Of a stretch of 64,000 nt of DNA, positions 10,043 to 20,321 are shown piece by piece; positions within the stretch are counted from its first letter, which is position 1; each line of letters starts with the position of its first letter. The notes beneath the pieces are model-generated. The model made no database searches and was not told the DNA's origin. It saw only the letters and a program-made list of their open reading frames with translations. The DNA is from Candidatus Bathyarchaeia archaeon (GTDB lineage: Archaea > Thermoproteota > Bathyarchaeia > Bathyarchaeales > Bathycorpusculaceae). The translations under genes were made by a program, and so were the position numbers. The DNA is taken from NCBI GenBank assembly GCA_038883795.1, contig JAVZLK010000001.1, positions 32,001-96,000 of the forward strand, written 5' to 3'.

Positions 10043-10966
10043 CTATGGATATTTCAGCTTAATAGCTTTGTTTGGACAAGCATCCACACATTTTAGGCAG
10101 TAAATGCATTCTGGGTCGTTGAACTTCTCCCATGGCAAATCCAAAATCCGAACACGCATAGGGCAAACTTCAACGCATTGACGACATTCAGCCTTTGCGC
10201 ATTTGGTTAAATCTCTTTTTAAACCAAGAAAGCTGAACCTGTTAAGGATAGCCATGATGGCTCCATGAGGACAGAAATATTTGCACCAACTTCTTGGGAC
10301 ATATGCCGCAAAGACGAGAAAGCTTCCCAAAATGAAAAGCTGAACCCATAAAAGCGGAGGAAAAGCTGCAACACTGGATAAAACGTCCAATAAAGGTTTT
10401 TCTAACAGTGCATTCTTAAAGCTTAAAATTCCGTTAGGCAATGTGGAAAACAAAGTTTCTGCAGGGCTCAATGTGGTAAATGGCATCTGGACGAAAATGC
10501 CAAAAGCACTTTCATAACTGCTATGAGCTCTGAAAACTTTGGCAGCGGAAAATGTTACACTGATAAAAAGAGTAATGCCTAAAATAGCGTATTTAATATA
10601 GACCATGCTTTCATGGGTTCTAGACGAAATTTCACTCTTTTTACGCTTAGCAAAGTCAAGTAAGTCTTGGATGAAACCGAAGGGACAAACCCAACCACAT
10701 AAAGATTTGCCAACCAATATTCCAGTTATTAAGAATGATGCTAACGCGAGCCATGGAAAAACAGTATCATAAAACATAAGTTGCATAGCCGTAAAAGCGT
10801 CGCCAACAACATTTGACTGAAAACCCCACGTCCAAACCACGGGCAATAGTAGAGGTTGGGGAACCATGTTGAAGACCATGGCGCTAAAGAATATGAAAGA
10901 CAGAAATTGAATTATTCTTCGCAAAGTGTTGAATTTGAGTAGGCTTTGCTTAATTTTGGCTTTCAA
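10043..10966 (-). CDS. Membrane 4Fe-4S binding protein (NapH/MauN/RdxA-like)
   Basis: Several transmembrane segments, CGWVCPFG and WCKYFCPHG motifs, two C-terminal ferredoxin motifs. Confidence 0.85.
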   Translation of the reverse strand: MKAKIKQSLLKFNTLRRIIQFLSFIFFSAMVFNMVPQPLLLPVVWTWGFQSNVVGDAFTAMQLMFYDTVFPWLALASFLITGILVGKSLCGWVCPFGFIQDLLDFAKRKKSEISSRTHESMVYIKYAILGITLFISVTFSAAKVFRAHSSYESAFGIFVQMPFTTLSPAETLFSTLPNGILSFKNALLEKPLLDVLSSVAAFPPLLWVQLFILGSFLVFAAYVPRSWCKYFCPHGAIMAILNRFSFLGLKRDLTKCAKAECRQCVEVCPMRVRILDLPWEKFNDPECIYCLKCVDACPNKAIKLKYP

Positions 10967-11009
10967 TCATTTCGCCTCTTTCATTAAACGCATTAGACCT
11001 TTTAGTTAT

Positions 11010-12380
11010 TTATTTTCCTATCACCTTAACGTTTTCTACAAGAACCCAAGGCGCAACCAATTGCCCAATTTTTCTCTCATTATTTGCCAATTCTGAGATA
11101 TTCTTTAACACTTGAAAGACGTTGCCAGCTAACATGGCTCCTTTAACGGCATGAGCAATTTTACCATTCTTGATTTTCCAAGCGGGAGTTGCGACAACAG
11201 AGAATTCTCCGCTGGCTGGATTGCTGCTGTGGGCGCCTTGTAGGGAATATACAAGCAAGCCATCATCCACTTCGCCAATAAGTTCTTCAGGTGATTTCCT
11301 TCCAGGCATCAAGCGAAAGTTTGTGGCTTCTATATTTGGTGTAGATAAATATCCAGCCCTTGTGGCGTTTCCCGTGCTTTCTTTACTTTCTTTTTTGGCT
11401 GTGTAATTGTCATAGAGGAAATTCCGCAATACTCCCTTCTCTATTATGAGGGTTTTTTGTTGGGGAACTCCTTCGCCATCAAACTCCCATGTTCGGATGC
11501 CTCCCCCGAGTAAACCATCATCATAAATTGTTACATTTTCAGAGGCAACTTTTTCTCCGATTTTGCCCTTAAACGCCGATTGATCCCGCTGTACATAATC
11601 CGCCTTAACCGCATTAATAAGAGTGTAATACAAGAGCTCTTGCAATGCAAACTGTGAAAAAATGACATTTGTGCTTTTTGTCTCTACTTTTTTGGCTTTT
11701 AAGGCTGAAACAGCAAGGCGAGCGGCTTCTTTACCAACCCATTCTGGGTCAATAGCATATTTTCTTTCGATATTAAACTCAAAGCATATAGGTGTTACTT
11801 CGCCTGCCTCTTGTCCCAAAGTTGCCAAGCTACATTCAATAATTGTTCCATGATCGAAGGCTGCAATCCCGTTAGAGTTAGCAATTGCCCTGGAAAGGTA
11901 GGATGCGCCTACTCCACCCTCCACAGGAAAAACACGCTTATCCACTTTTTCAGCGGAATCCAACATTAAAGACGCTGCATTAACCAAATCTTCAGAGCGA
12001 AGCTCAACAATTTTGCGGTCATAAGTGTTTTCTACGGATTTTAATGTTTTTTTGGCCGGAAGACCATGCCACTCTTTGTCAGGCTTGCTTGCTTTAGCAG
12101 CACTTAAAGCTTTTAGAACTGTCTCTTCAATTGCGGCTTTGGCGACCACTACATTCGTATAGGAAAAGCCTATTGCCTTCTTTATTATAGTTCGAATTCC
12201 TAATCCTCTGTCAATTATTTTTGTGCTTCTAGTAATTTGTCCTCTCTCAACTATGACGGTTGTTGTTAAACCTTGATAGGCAAAAGCCTCAGCCTCATTC
12301 GCACCTTTCTTGAGAGCAAAATCCACAGCTTTTTCGGCTAAATCCAACATTTCTTCATTTTTAACCGCTACCACCGACAA
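11010..12380 (-). CDS. tldE: TldE/PmbA family protein (true start possibly 12350)
   Basis: FDGEGVP, STGNA, SGEFS; no HExxGH motif; paired with tldD. Confidence 0.88.
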   Translation of the reverse strand: MSVVAVKNEEMLDLAEKAVDFALKKGANEAEAFAYQGLTTTVIVERGQITRSTKIIDRGLGIRTIIKKAIGFSYTNVVVAKAAIEETVLKALSAAKASKPDKEWHGLPAKKTLKSVENTYDRKIVELRSEDLVNAASLMLDSAEKVDKRVFPVEGGVGASYLSRAIANSNGIAAFDHGTIIECSLATLGQEAGEVTPICFEFNIERKYAIDPEWVGKEAARLAVSALKAKKVETKSTNVIFSQFALQELLYYTLINAVKADYVQRDQSAFKGKIGEKVASENVTIYDDGLLGGGIRTWEFDGEGVPQQKTLIIEKGVLRNFLYDNYTAKKESKESTGNATRAGYLSTPNIEATNFRLMPGRKSPEELIGEVDDGLLVYSLQGAHSSNPASGEFSVVATPAWKIKNGKIAHAVKGAMLAGNVFQVLKNISELANNERKIGQLVAPWVLVENVKVIGK

Positions 12381-13767
12381 GAACCTCCTTCACCCTAACA
12401 TGGGGTCCACCATCGCATACAAAGGCTGTTTGTCCCTTCCCACATCTTCCAGGCCACAATTCGAAATCCTTTCCAACAGCATCCACCTTAAACAATGTTT
12501 CAAGAGTGTAGCCACTTATAGAAGCGTTCCGAACGGGAACGCCTAATTCGCCCTTAACTATTTCGTAGGCTTCTTGGATGCCAACCTGAAAAGTGCCGTC
12601 CAAATTTGCTTGTCCACCCCTGAAGCTTTTGAAGTAATAGCCAAATTTCACATCCTCGATTAGCTCTTCGAAGGAGTAGTCTTTTGGTTCCATGAATGTG
12701 TTGCGCATACGAATTATGGGTTCCACTCTAAAGTCTTCAGCCCGCATGTTCCCAGTAGGCGTCGTATTGAACTTTTGGGCTGTTTCGCGGCTATGCATTA
12801 AACCAGCAACAACGCCATCCTTTATGAGAAGAGTTTTCTGCGCGGGGATTCCCTCATCATCATATTTGAAAGAACCAAAAGCGCCTTCCACTGTTCCATC
12901 ATCATAGAAAGTCACAAGGTCAGAAGCGATTTTCTTTCCAAGTTTATCTAAAAGCACAGACCCAGACAATGTCAAGTCTGCCTCAGCCAAGTGCCCAAAG
13001 GCTTCGTGAACGAAGACTCCAACTACATTTGGTCCAAGAATTACTGGGAATGTTCCACCTTTAGGCGGTTTAGCCTTCAACTGCTCAACGGCTCGTTTTG
13101 CAACCCTTTCGCCTACAATTTCTGGAGTTTCTACATCAAAGATTTCGTAGCCGGAAGTGGAACCAATTTCTTCACGGCTAAAAGTGAAAATGTCTCCTTC
13201 TTTGGCTGTGGCAGTTATTCTTGACCAAACATAAAGCTTGTCTTGTTCAATGTATGCGCCTTCATTGTTTATGAAATAGCTTGTTCCAGTTAGGTCAAGA
13301 TAGTCTATGGTGCAACTTTTTATCCGGTTATCGTAACCCAAAATTTCCTTGTTCATGGTTAGCGTTGTATTAATTTTGTCTTCTACAGAAACTTTTGAGG
13401 GATCTTTGCGCGGTTTTAGGGTAACTTTGTCCTCAACAGGGTTTGTCGGGATAAGTTTTATGGGCTTTTTAAGTTTTAAGCTTGCGGCTTTCGCCATTTT
13501 ACATGCATCCGAAATAGCCATGGTCAAAGTTTCAACATCGAACGTTCCAACAGATGCAAAACCCCACGCACCATTTACAAGAACCCGCAAAGCGGCGCCA
13601 TTTTCAATTCCTTGCCTTGCCGCTTCTACGCGACCTTCTTTAAGTGTAAGCATAGTCTTAAAGAGCCTTTGACCACGAACTTCGGCGTATTCGGCTCCGT
13701 ACTTTTGGACTGCCACGTTTATAGCCTTAATTAAAATGTCCTTCAAAGACTGCGCTCCTTTTAGCAT
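12361..13767 (-). CDS. tldD: TldD family metalloprotease
   Basis: [25 protein letters not shown]. Confidence 0.93.
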   Translation of the reverse strand: MLKGAQSLKDILIKAINVAVQKYGAEYAEVRGQRLFKTMLTLKEGRVEAARQGIENGAALRVLVNGAWGFASVGTFDVETLTMAISDACKMAKAASLKLKKPIKLIPTNPVEDKVTLKPRKDPSKVSVEDKINTTLTMNKEILGYDNRIKSCTIDYLDLTGTSYFINNEGAYIEQDKLYVWSRITATAKEGDIFTFSREEIGSTSGYEIFDVETPEIVGERVAKRAVEQLKAKPPKGGTFPVILGPNVVGVFVHEAFGHLAEADLTLSGSVLLDKLGKKIASDLVTFYDDGTVEGAFGSFKYDDEGIPAQKTLLIKDGVVAGLMHSRETAQKFNTTPTGNMRAEDFRVEPIIRMRNTFMEPKDYSFEELIEDVKFGYYFKSFRGGQANLDGTFQVGIQEAYEIVKGELGVPVRNASISGYTLETLFKVDAVGKDFELWPGRCGKGQTAFVCDGGPHVRVKEVLVGGSG

Positions 13768-13870
13768 CGAGTTAGAAGGGATTATTCAGAGGGCTCTTTT
13801 ATAAAATTGTTATGGTTTCATTCTCTGCTATTCAAAAACAATAGATGAAAAAGAATATCTAAAAAGGAAG

Positions 13871-14185
13871 TTAAGCTCTTTGCTTGAGCAATTTTACTTG
13901 GCTAACAAAATCGCATTCTTCTTGCATTCGCTCTAATTCTAACCTGCGGAGCAAACCATAAGTTGAGTATATGTCCTCTAAAATTTTCTTTTCAACAACA
14001 TATGCGCCAGTGCTCAAAAACTCTTCAAGACCCTTAGCAAAAACCTCTATCTTTTCAGATATCTCATTTGGCTTGACGCCGTGATTCTTCTCCAAATGCT
14101 TATAGATTAGGTAAGTTGCTTCTTCGCCGAAAACTTGTTTCAATACTCTGTCAACGATTTTTAAGATTTTGTCTTCTTTTTCCAT
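13871..14185 (-). CDS. Small alpha-helical hypothetical protein (DUF3227/NitrOD5-like)
   Basis: Pattern VLKQVFGE..IYKHLE..F..GLE.FL..GA.VVEKKIL is typical of this small archaeal family; has its own TATA box. Confidence 0.65.
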   Translation of the reverse strand: MEKEDKILKIVDRVLKQVFGEEATYLIYKHLEKNHGVKPNEISEKIEVFAKGLEEFLSTGAYVVEKKILEDIYSTYGLLRRLELERMQEECDFVSQVKLLKQRA

Positions 14186-14218
14186 TGGGTGTCAAGCCTC
14201 AGAAACTATCGTGCGTAT

Positions 14219-14256
14219 TACGACTTAATAAACTTTGTCGTATACGTGTTTAACAC
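14219..14256 (-). promoter_or_regulatory. Promoter (AAAGTTTATTAA) bracketed by inverted repeat TACGAC/GTCGTA, plus palindrome GTGTT-T-AACAC
   Basis: Perfect 6-bp arms at 14219-14224 and 14237-14242 flank the TATA-like element; second palindrome at 14246-14256. Confidence 0.5.
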
Positions 14257-14286
14257 ACATACAAGTCAAAGTCCATGAAATAAGCA

Positions 14287-15570
14287 TTACATAAAGTCTG
14301 TAAGATTCAATTGTTGAACTCTTTGGGCTGTTGATTTTTGGGCAATTTCCTCTTCGGAAAGAATAAGTTGTCCATAAACGCCATCGTAACCAGGCAATAC
14401 TTTAACTTGCTCTTCTCTGACTTTGACTATTGCTTCAGCAATTTTTTCATTAACAGAACGTAAATTTTCTTTAGAAGCATCAATTAGCACAGTATATTCG
14501 TCGCCGAATTTTTCAACAAAAGCGTTGTAAATGTTCCACACTTGCTGAGTGGATGGCGAATCCACGCCTAAGACCGTTGCGATGATTTCAGAAAGTGGAA
14601 GCAAATGCATAAAATCTATGGCGCTTGAAGGTTTAAAGCCTGGCGGACGATCAGCTAATTCTTCCACGCGCTGTTCAACACCCTTTGTTAGTTTTTTGCG
14701 GCAGACAGGGCAGATGTTTCCAATTTTTATTGCTTCTGCTGCTGGAAAGGATACATGACAGTTTCTGTGGCCAGTCCAATGGTATTTTCCATAGGCGGGG
14801 TCCGTTTCAATAGTAAACTTAAAACGCTCTTCATCTTTGAATCGAATAGCATCCAAAACTTCCTTGTAGCTTGGCTCCTTAAGTTCAAAAACGTTGGCTT
14901 CCCTCCCCATGCGCCAAGGCCAAAAGCTGTGGCTGTCACTGTTAGAAACTAAGGCGAATTTGTCAAGTTTGCTCAAACGCCAATTCATGGGTGGGTCCGA
15001 GGAGAGCCCGGTTTCCAAAGCGTGAATATGCTTTGTCATGTCTTGGTAACATTCTTCTACGCTGTTGAAACCGCTGAAGGCGCCGAAAATACTGAACCAT
15101 GGCGTCCAAGCGTGAGCTGGGAAAACCATGTTTTCTTTTGAAACTTCCATGACTTCTTCAACCAAATGTGGGGCGTCCATGTTCAGTGTTGGTCTTCCAT
15201 CTATGGCTAAATTGCCATATTTTGCTAATCTGTCATTTATTTGAATAGCGGTTTCTATGTTGGAGGTAAAAATTACATGGTGAATTTTTTTAACTTCGTT
15301 TTCAAAAGTGAATACTGTGCTGACTTCGGTTGTTATCATAAAATAGACTGATGATTCTGGATTCTTTGCAACTTTGTATAAGCCTTTATCCCCTTCTTGA
15401 ACCAAAGTTTCTCGAAGCTCTTTAAGCCATTTTGGATGAGTAAAATCGCCTGTCCCGACCAAGTTTAAACCCTTAATTTTTGCAAAACGAGCAATCTCTT
15501 CAATATGCATTTTATCGCTTGTTGCACGACTATAACGACCATGAATGTGTAAATCGGCTATAATTCTCAT
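14287..15570 (-). CDS. endoQ: Endonuclease Q family (PHP domain, Zn finger, C-terminal PIP box)
   Basis: DLHIH, PAHAWTPW, ETGLSSDP, SNSDSHS, GKYHWTGHRNC..CPVC, PGYDGVYG, terminal QLNLTDFM. Confidence 0.9.
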   Translation of the reverse strand: MRIIADLHIHGRYSRATSDKMHIEEIARFAKIKGLNLVGTGDFTHPKWLKELRETLVQEGDKGLYKVAKNPESSVYFMITTEVSTVFTFENEVKKIHHVIFTSNIETAIQINDRLAKYGNLAIDGRPTLNMDAPHLVEEVMEVSKENMVFPAHAWTPWFSIFGAFSGFNSVEECYQDMTKHIHALETGLSSDPPMNWRLSKLDKFALVSNSDSHSFWPWRMGREANVFELKEPSYKEVLDAIRFKDEERFKFTIETDPAYGKYHWTGHRNCHVSFPAAEAIKIGNICPVCRKKLTKGVEQRVEELADRPPGFKPSSAIDFMHLLPLSEIIATVLGVDSPSTQQVWNIYNAFVEKFGDEYTVLIDASKENLRSVNEKIAEAIVKVREEQVKVLPGYDGVYGQLILSEEEIAQKSTAQRVQQLNLTDFM

Positions 15571-15638
15571 GTTTTAGGCCTAATCTCATATTGTCTATTC
15601 TGCTAATTTCATTTGCGCTTTCAAAAGTCTAATGCTTC

Positions 15639-17045
15639 TTACGGAATTTTCCTTTTTACTACTGGCACAGCCCAATTTCCATATCTTATCCAAATAAAGG
15701 AAACGGTTCCGCCTATAATATTGCTTAGGGAAATGGCTAGCCAAGCTCCAATAGAGCCCAATCCAAAAATAAATGCTAAGGAATAGCCTAAGGCTAAGCG
15801 GATTCCCCAAAGCCTCAATATTCCAACAGCCGTTGGAAAAAGCGTATGTCCCGAGCCTCTTCCAGTGGACATGCCCGCTATAAATAAACCAAAAAATGGA
15901 AGCGTTGGCAGCAGTATTGAAAGGAACAAGTCGGTCTCATTTATAATATCAAGATTGTCAGCGAAGACATCGGACAACCCTCTTCTAAAGGGATAAATTA
16001 TGCCAGCACTCACAACCATAAGCGCGAATATTAGAAGGGCTGTTTTGTAAGCAACTTCTCTAGCTCTTTTGGGGTTTTCTGCTCCCAAGTTTTGTCCCAC
16101 CATTATGGCTGTTGCTCCGCTTAAACCCCATAAGGCGGCATCAACTATATCCATGATTACAAAGCCTATGGAAAAAGCCGTAGCTACTACAATGCCTAAC
16201 GCGTTAATGATTCTAAGCTGCATGAGAAAGGCGAAACCATTCGTTAAGCCCAATGCTAAAATGGGTAAGCCTATACGAAGAACCAACCGAACCCAATCCA
16301 AATCTATTTCCTTAGTGAACCTTACCTTAAGCTCGGGATATTTGCTCCTAAGTATGTAGGTTAGGGAGCTTACCGATATTATCTTCCCCATAACATCCGT
16401 GACGGAAGCGCCCACCACACCAAGCCTTGGAAACGGCCCAATGCCTAATACCAAAAATGGGTCTAACAATGCATTAATGCCCACAGCCAATCCATTCACA
16501 ATTGCTGGCCTTTTAGTGTCTCCTATACTTTGCAGTAGCGTTGTGTATGTTAGGGCTAAGTAATTGAAGAATATGTCAAAGGCGATTATGCCAGAATATT
16601 TCATTAAATCCTCAAATATTTCTGGCGGAGTGGATACAACAAAAGTGAAAATTGCGCTTCTAAGCGCTAAAAGTACAAGACTTAATGTTGCTCCTGCAGT
16701 AAAAGAGAACGTGAAGAAGCGTGAAGCCGCTTTGCTGGCGTCATCATAAGCTCTTCTTCCAACATATTGAGAAACAATGCCTAAACAAGCAGCCGTCAAA
16801 GCCATCAAAAGCGCCTGAAAAAGCACTATAACAGGCCACATTTGCCTTGGAACAGCCACGGTTATATCACTGTATACGCTTAGCCAGTAAGCATCCGCTA
16901 GGTTATAGGCTACAACTATAAGTTGATTCACAAGTGGGGGAACCCCCAACCAAAAGAATGTGCGGATAATCGGCCCATTAACAATTTTGTCTCTGTATTT
17001 GCTTATTGAAGGAAGCTCTGACAATTCCTCGGATTCTTCAGCCAT
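15639..17045 (-). CDS. MATE family efflux transporter
   Basis: About 12 transmembrane segments, GDTKRP, N..LDP, GQNLGA. Confidence 0.92.
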   Translation of the reverse strand: MAEESEELSELPSISKYRDKIVNGPIIRTFFWLGVPPLVNQLIVVAYNLADAYWLSVYSDITVAVPRQMWPVIVLFQALLMALTAACLGIVSQYVGRRAYDDASKAASRFFTFSFTAGATLSLVLLALRSAIFTFVVSTPPEIFEDLMKYSGIIAFDIFFNYLALTYTTLLQSIGDTKRPAIVNGLAVGINALLDPFLVLGIGPFPRLGVVGASVTDVMGKIISVSSLTYILRSKYPELKVRFTKEIDLDWVRLVLRIGLPILALGLTNGFAFLMQLRIINALGIVVATAFSIGFVIMDIVDAALWGLSGATAIMVGQNLGAENPKRAREVAYKTALLIFALMVVSAGIIYPFRRGLSDVFADNLDIINETDLFLSILLPTLPFFGLFIAGMSTGRGSGHTLFPTAVGILRLWGIRLALGYSLAFIFGLGSIGAWLAISLSNIIGGTVSFIWIRYGNWAVPVVKRKIP

Positions 17046-17110
17046 AGCCTTTTTGACTTGATTTTAATCTTAAAAGCTTTTCTTGCAAGTAAAAGCGTTT
17101 AAAATGGGGC

Positions 17111-17674
17111 CTATTTTCTTTTAAGAATTTTCTTTACAATTTCTCCAATGTCAACTTTTAACAAAACCACAGTCACGATTATGGTAAGAACTATTGAAGC
17201 TACCATCAAAAGTTCTTGGCTAATCCAAGGCGTCAAAAGTTGTTGACCAGCCTTTCCTAAATATGCGCCCACAACGGCAATTGAAAGCTTTCCAATAAAG
17301 TATGACGCAAAAAACTTGAGCGGATTATACTTTAAGAGCCCCAATGGCACAACAACTGGCTCGTCCGGAAGTGGTGAAGCCGCAACAATAAATAGTGCCA
17401 AAAAAGCCCAATGCTTAAGTTTCAATCCAGCGGCATCAAGGCGTTTTCTACGTTCTTCGCCGAGAAAACCGCCGACGAAGAAAGTGATAATGTAATGGAT
17501 GGATTTTGCCAAGGCCGAGCCTAAGGCGACGAGGAAGCCTATGGTGAAGGGGTCAGCGTTTACGATTAAGGCAGCGTTTGAGGCAATTAGCATGTTGGAT
17601 GGGCCCATGAAAGGTATAATGTTTAAGACAAAAGAAGTGACCAGAATGCCAAATAGCTCATATAGAGTGGTCAA
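17111..17674 (-). CDS. DedA/VTT-domain membrane protein
   Basis: Hydrophobic; ASPLPDEPVVVPLGL..Y..F..GK motif. Confidence 0.8.
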   Translation of the reverse strand: MTTLYELFGILVTSFVLNIIPFMGPSNMLIASNAALIVNADPFTIGFLVALGSALAKSIHYIITFFVGGFLGEERRKRLDAAGLKLKHWAFLALFIVAASPLPDEPVVVPLGLLKYNPLKFFASYFIGKLSIAVVGAYLGKAGQQLLTPWISQELLMVASIVLTIIVTVVLLKVDIGEIVKKILKRK

Positions 17675-17801
17675 CTGCTATGGCCTCTTCTCAACAGAAA
17701 TTACAAACTACCATTTAAAGGTATTATCATAATATCCGTAACACACTTAAATGGGAAATCGGCTTAAAAGAAATTTACAACAATTTGGAGAGAATCTTGA
17801 T

Positions 17802-18329
17802 TTGCCAACAAAAAAGGAGCCCATATGGATAGCAAGAGAACTTTCAAAATGTAGTGGCTGCAGAAAATGTGAAATTGCATGTTCGCTTTTCCATGAAAAA
17901 CGTATATGGCCAGAAGCTTCAAGAATAAGGGTTTTCATGTTAGTTCCAGGCTTGGATTTTCCGCATTTTTGTGCGCAATGTGAAGATTACCCATGTGTAA
18001 AGGCTTGTCCGGTGGAAGCATTATCCATAAGCAAAGAAACTGGTGCTGTTTTGGTGAATAGGGATAAGTGTATTGGTTGTGGTAAATGCATTGATGCTTG
18101 TCCTGGCAGAATTCCCCATATGCATCCTACTGAAAATTATATTTTAATCTGCGATTTATGCAGGGGAAATCCGCAATGTGTAAAGGTGTGCCAAGAAGGC
18201 GGATGGAACGTTTTAAAAAAAGTTCCAAGAAAGGAGCAGTCTTACAAGCTTTATGCCCGCAAGCCGGAAGAAATCACGCGGGATTTGGCTATCAAAATTT
18301 ATGGAGAAGAGGGGGAGAAGCTGTTATGA
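17802..18329 (+). CDS. 4Fe-4S multicluster protein, small subunit of a WOR5-type tungstoenzyme
   Basis: CSGCRKCEIAC, CAQCEDYPCVKACP, CIGCGKCIDACP, CDLC; TTG 17802 after a GGAG SD; ATGA overlap with the large subunit. Confidence 0.88.
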   Translation: MPTKKEPIWIARELSKCSGCRKCEIACSLFHEKRIWPEASRIRVFMLVPGLDFPHFCAQCEDYPCVKACPVEALSISKETGAVLVNRDKCIGCGKCIDACPGRIPHMHPTENYILICDLCRGNPQCVKVCQEGGWNVLKKVPRKEQSYKLYARKPEEITRDLAIKIYGEEGEKLL

Positions 18330-20194
18330 TTTTGGGTTATGCTGGAAAGTTTCTTGAAGTTAACCTTTCCACAAAAAAGGTAAAGGAAACCAAATTTAAT
18401 GATGATATTTTAAAAGATTACATTGGCGGCAGAGGTTTAGCAACAAAAATTCTCTGGGATAGGTTGGGCAGCAAATGGAGCGAAATAGACCCCCTTGGAC
18501 CAGAGAATATACTCCTCTTTTTAACGGGTCCTCTTACGGGATTTTTCCCGGGTGGAAGAATATGCGTTTCTGGAAAGTCTCCCCAAAGCAATGGTGTTGT
18601 AGGTTCCACGGTGGCAGGCGAATTTGGTGTTGAGCTTAAATGTGCTGGTTATGATGGCATAATAGTAACTGGTGCCTCTGAAGAACCTGTTTGCTTGTTT
18701 GTTAAGGATTCTGAAGTGGAAATCAGAAAGGCCAATCACGTTTGGGGAGACGACGCTAAACAGACGGTTTCAAAAATTACAAGGGAGTGCAGAGAACTGC
18801 TGCGAGAGCGCTTTCCGAGAAAGGGCGAATGGAGAGAACCCGCAATACTCTACATAGGTCCAGCTGGAGAAAATAAAGTGCGAACCGCGGTGGTTGCAGC
18901 CAAGTGGACCCATGCGGCTGGTTATGGCGGGTACGGCGCAGTTATGGGTTCAAAAAAGCTTAAAGCCATAGCCGTGAAGGGGACTGGACCGCTGCCAGAA
19001 GTTGCTGACATAAAGAGTGTTAAGAGGCTTATGCAAAGCGTGTGTGAAGATGTTTATGAAAGTGAGTTGTGGAGGCGATGGGGAACTGGGGCTGCTGGTT
19101 ACGAGGTTGGAGCAAAAACAAGCTCCGAACCCGTTAGGAACTGGCAAGAGGAGTGGCATGATGAGAAAAGTTTTGGTGTGGACCAGTTTGAGAATAGGGT
19201 TTGGATAAAGCCCTATTGGGGTGATTTTGGCTGTCCAACAACATGCCTAAAAATTGCCGTAGTTAAAGCTGGGAAGTTTAAAGGCGCAATAACTGATAAC
19301 CCAGACTATGAATTGCAAGCCTATTTGGGTCCAAACCTTGGAATATTCACTCCGGAAGAGAACGTTTTTCTCGCATCACTAATTGATGATTTGGGGTTAT
19401 GTGGAATACAAACGGGAAATGTGCTTGGATTTGCAGCAGAATTGTTCGAGAGGGGAATTTTGACAAAAGAGGATTTAGACGGTTTAGAGCTTCGTTGGGG
19501 TAACACAGAAGCCTTTGCAACATTAGCCAGAAAAATCGCCTTCAGAGAGGGCATAGGCAATTTGTTGGCGGAAGGAACTTATCGTGCTGCGTTGAAAATT
19601 GGCGAAATGAAAAAGAAGGATGTGTTAGCTTATGCGGTTCAAAGCAAGGGCATAGCCATAGGCGCCCACGGAATCCGCAGCGGAAAAGACTATCCAGAAA
19701 CTTATTCTTACGCTTGCTCAGTTCAAGGCGGAGACCACACATCCACAGCATGCTTGCCTTTGCATGATTTCAGAAGCGAGTTAATAATGACTTTTAACGA
19801 TTCAGCAGTATACTGCTACTTCAACATTTTTGGGATTCCGCGCAACTTAAAATTTGAATTTTACAAGGCAGTTACTGGCATAGAATTGACGCAAGAAGAG
19901 TGGCTTAATCCAAAGGCTTTAAGGATACTGCAACTGCAAAGAGCAATGCTGCTGCTGGGTGGACCAGACCTAAAATGGAAACCAAAAATCCACGATGTTA
20001 ACCCACCAAGATTTTACGAACCCCTACCTTCAGGACCATACAAGGGAAAAACTGTTGATAGGGCTGAAGTTGAAGGGGAAATTGCAAAGTATTATGAGGC
20101 TGTCGGCTGGGACGAAAACGGAATTCCAAAAAAAGAAACTCTTAAAAAGCTTGGACTAGAGGACGTTGACAAGGCTTTGGAAAAACTGCGCTGA
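18326..20194 (+). CDS. wor5: Tungsten aldehyde:ferredoxin oxidoreductase family, WOR5-like large subunit
   Basis: GGRG, KSPQSNG, HAAGYGGYGAVMGSK, WGDFGCPTTC, SVQGGDHTS, LLLGGPD match Pyrococcus WOR5 as I recall it. Confidence 0.85.
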   Translation: MILGYAGKFLEVNLSTKKVKETKFNDDILKDYIGGRGLATKILWDRLGSKWSEIDPLGPENILLFLTGPLTGFFPGGRICVSGKSPQSNGVVGSTVAGEFGVELKCAGYDGIIVTGASEEPVCLFVKDSEVEIRKANHVWGDDAKQTVSKITRECRELLRERFPRKGEWREPAILYIGPAGENKVRTAVVAAKWTHAAGYGGYGAVMGSKKLKAIAVKGTGPLPEVADIKSVKRLMQSVCEDVYESELWRRWGTGAAGYEVGAKTSSEPVRNWQEEWHDEKSFGVDQFENRVWIKPYWGDFGCPTTCLKIAVVKAGKFKGAITDNPDYELQAYLGPNLGIFTPEENVFLASLIDDLGLCGIQTGNVLGFAAELFERGILTKEDLDGLELRWGNTEAFATLARKIAFREGIGNLLAEGTYRAALKIGEMKKKDVLAYAVQSKGIAIGAHGIRSGKDYPETYSYACSVQGGDHTSTACLPLHDFRSELIMTFNDSAVYCYFNIFGIPRNLKFEFYKAVTGIELTQEEWLNPKALRILQLQRAMLLLGGPDLKWKPKIHDVNPPRFYEPLPSGPYKGKTVDRAEVEGEIAKYYEAVGWDENGIPKKETLKKLGLEDVDKALEKLR

Positions 20195-20203
20195 AAACCA
20201 TAT

Positions 20204-20220
20204 ATTTTTGGCGCAAAAAT
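20204..20220. terminator. Hairpin between convergent genes
   Basis: ATTTTTG-GCG-CAAAAAT perfect inverted repeat about 10 nt after the wor5 stop codon. Confidence 0.35.
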
Positions 20221-20321
20221 CAACCAATACGGACCCTACCCTCTAGGTTTCCAGCCGCCAATTTAAGCTGGTGGATTGTGTTAAATTCGATACCCTCTCT
20301 AGATTTTCTGCACTGTAAAAT

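Noticed and set aside
17076-17096. Imperfect palindrome GCTTTTCTTGCAAGTAAAAGC upstream of the MATE gene
   Set aside because: AT-rich, single occurrence, no regulator nearby; cannot be told from chance.
18158-18325. N-terminal extension of the 678-aa ORF
   Set aside because: Overlaps the ferredoxin subunit; homology starts at ATG 18326 with an ATGA overlap.
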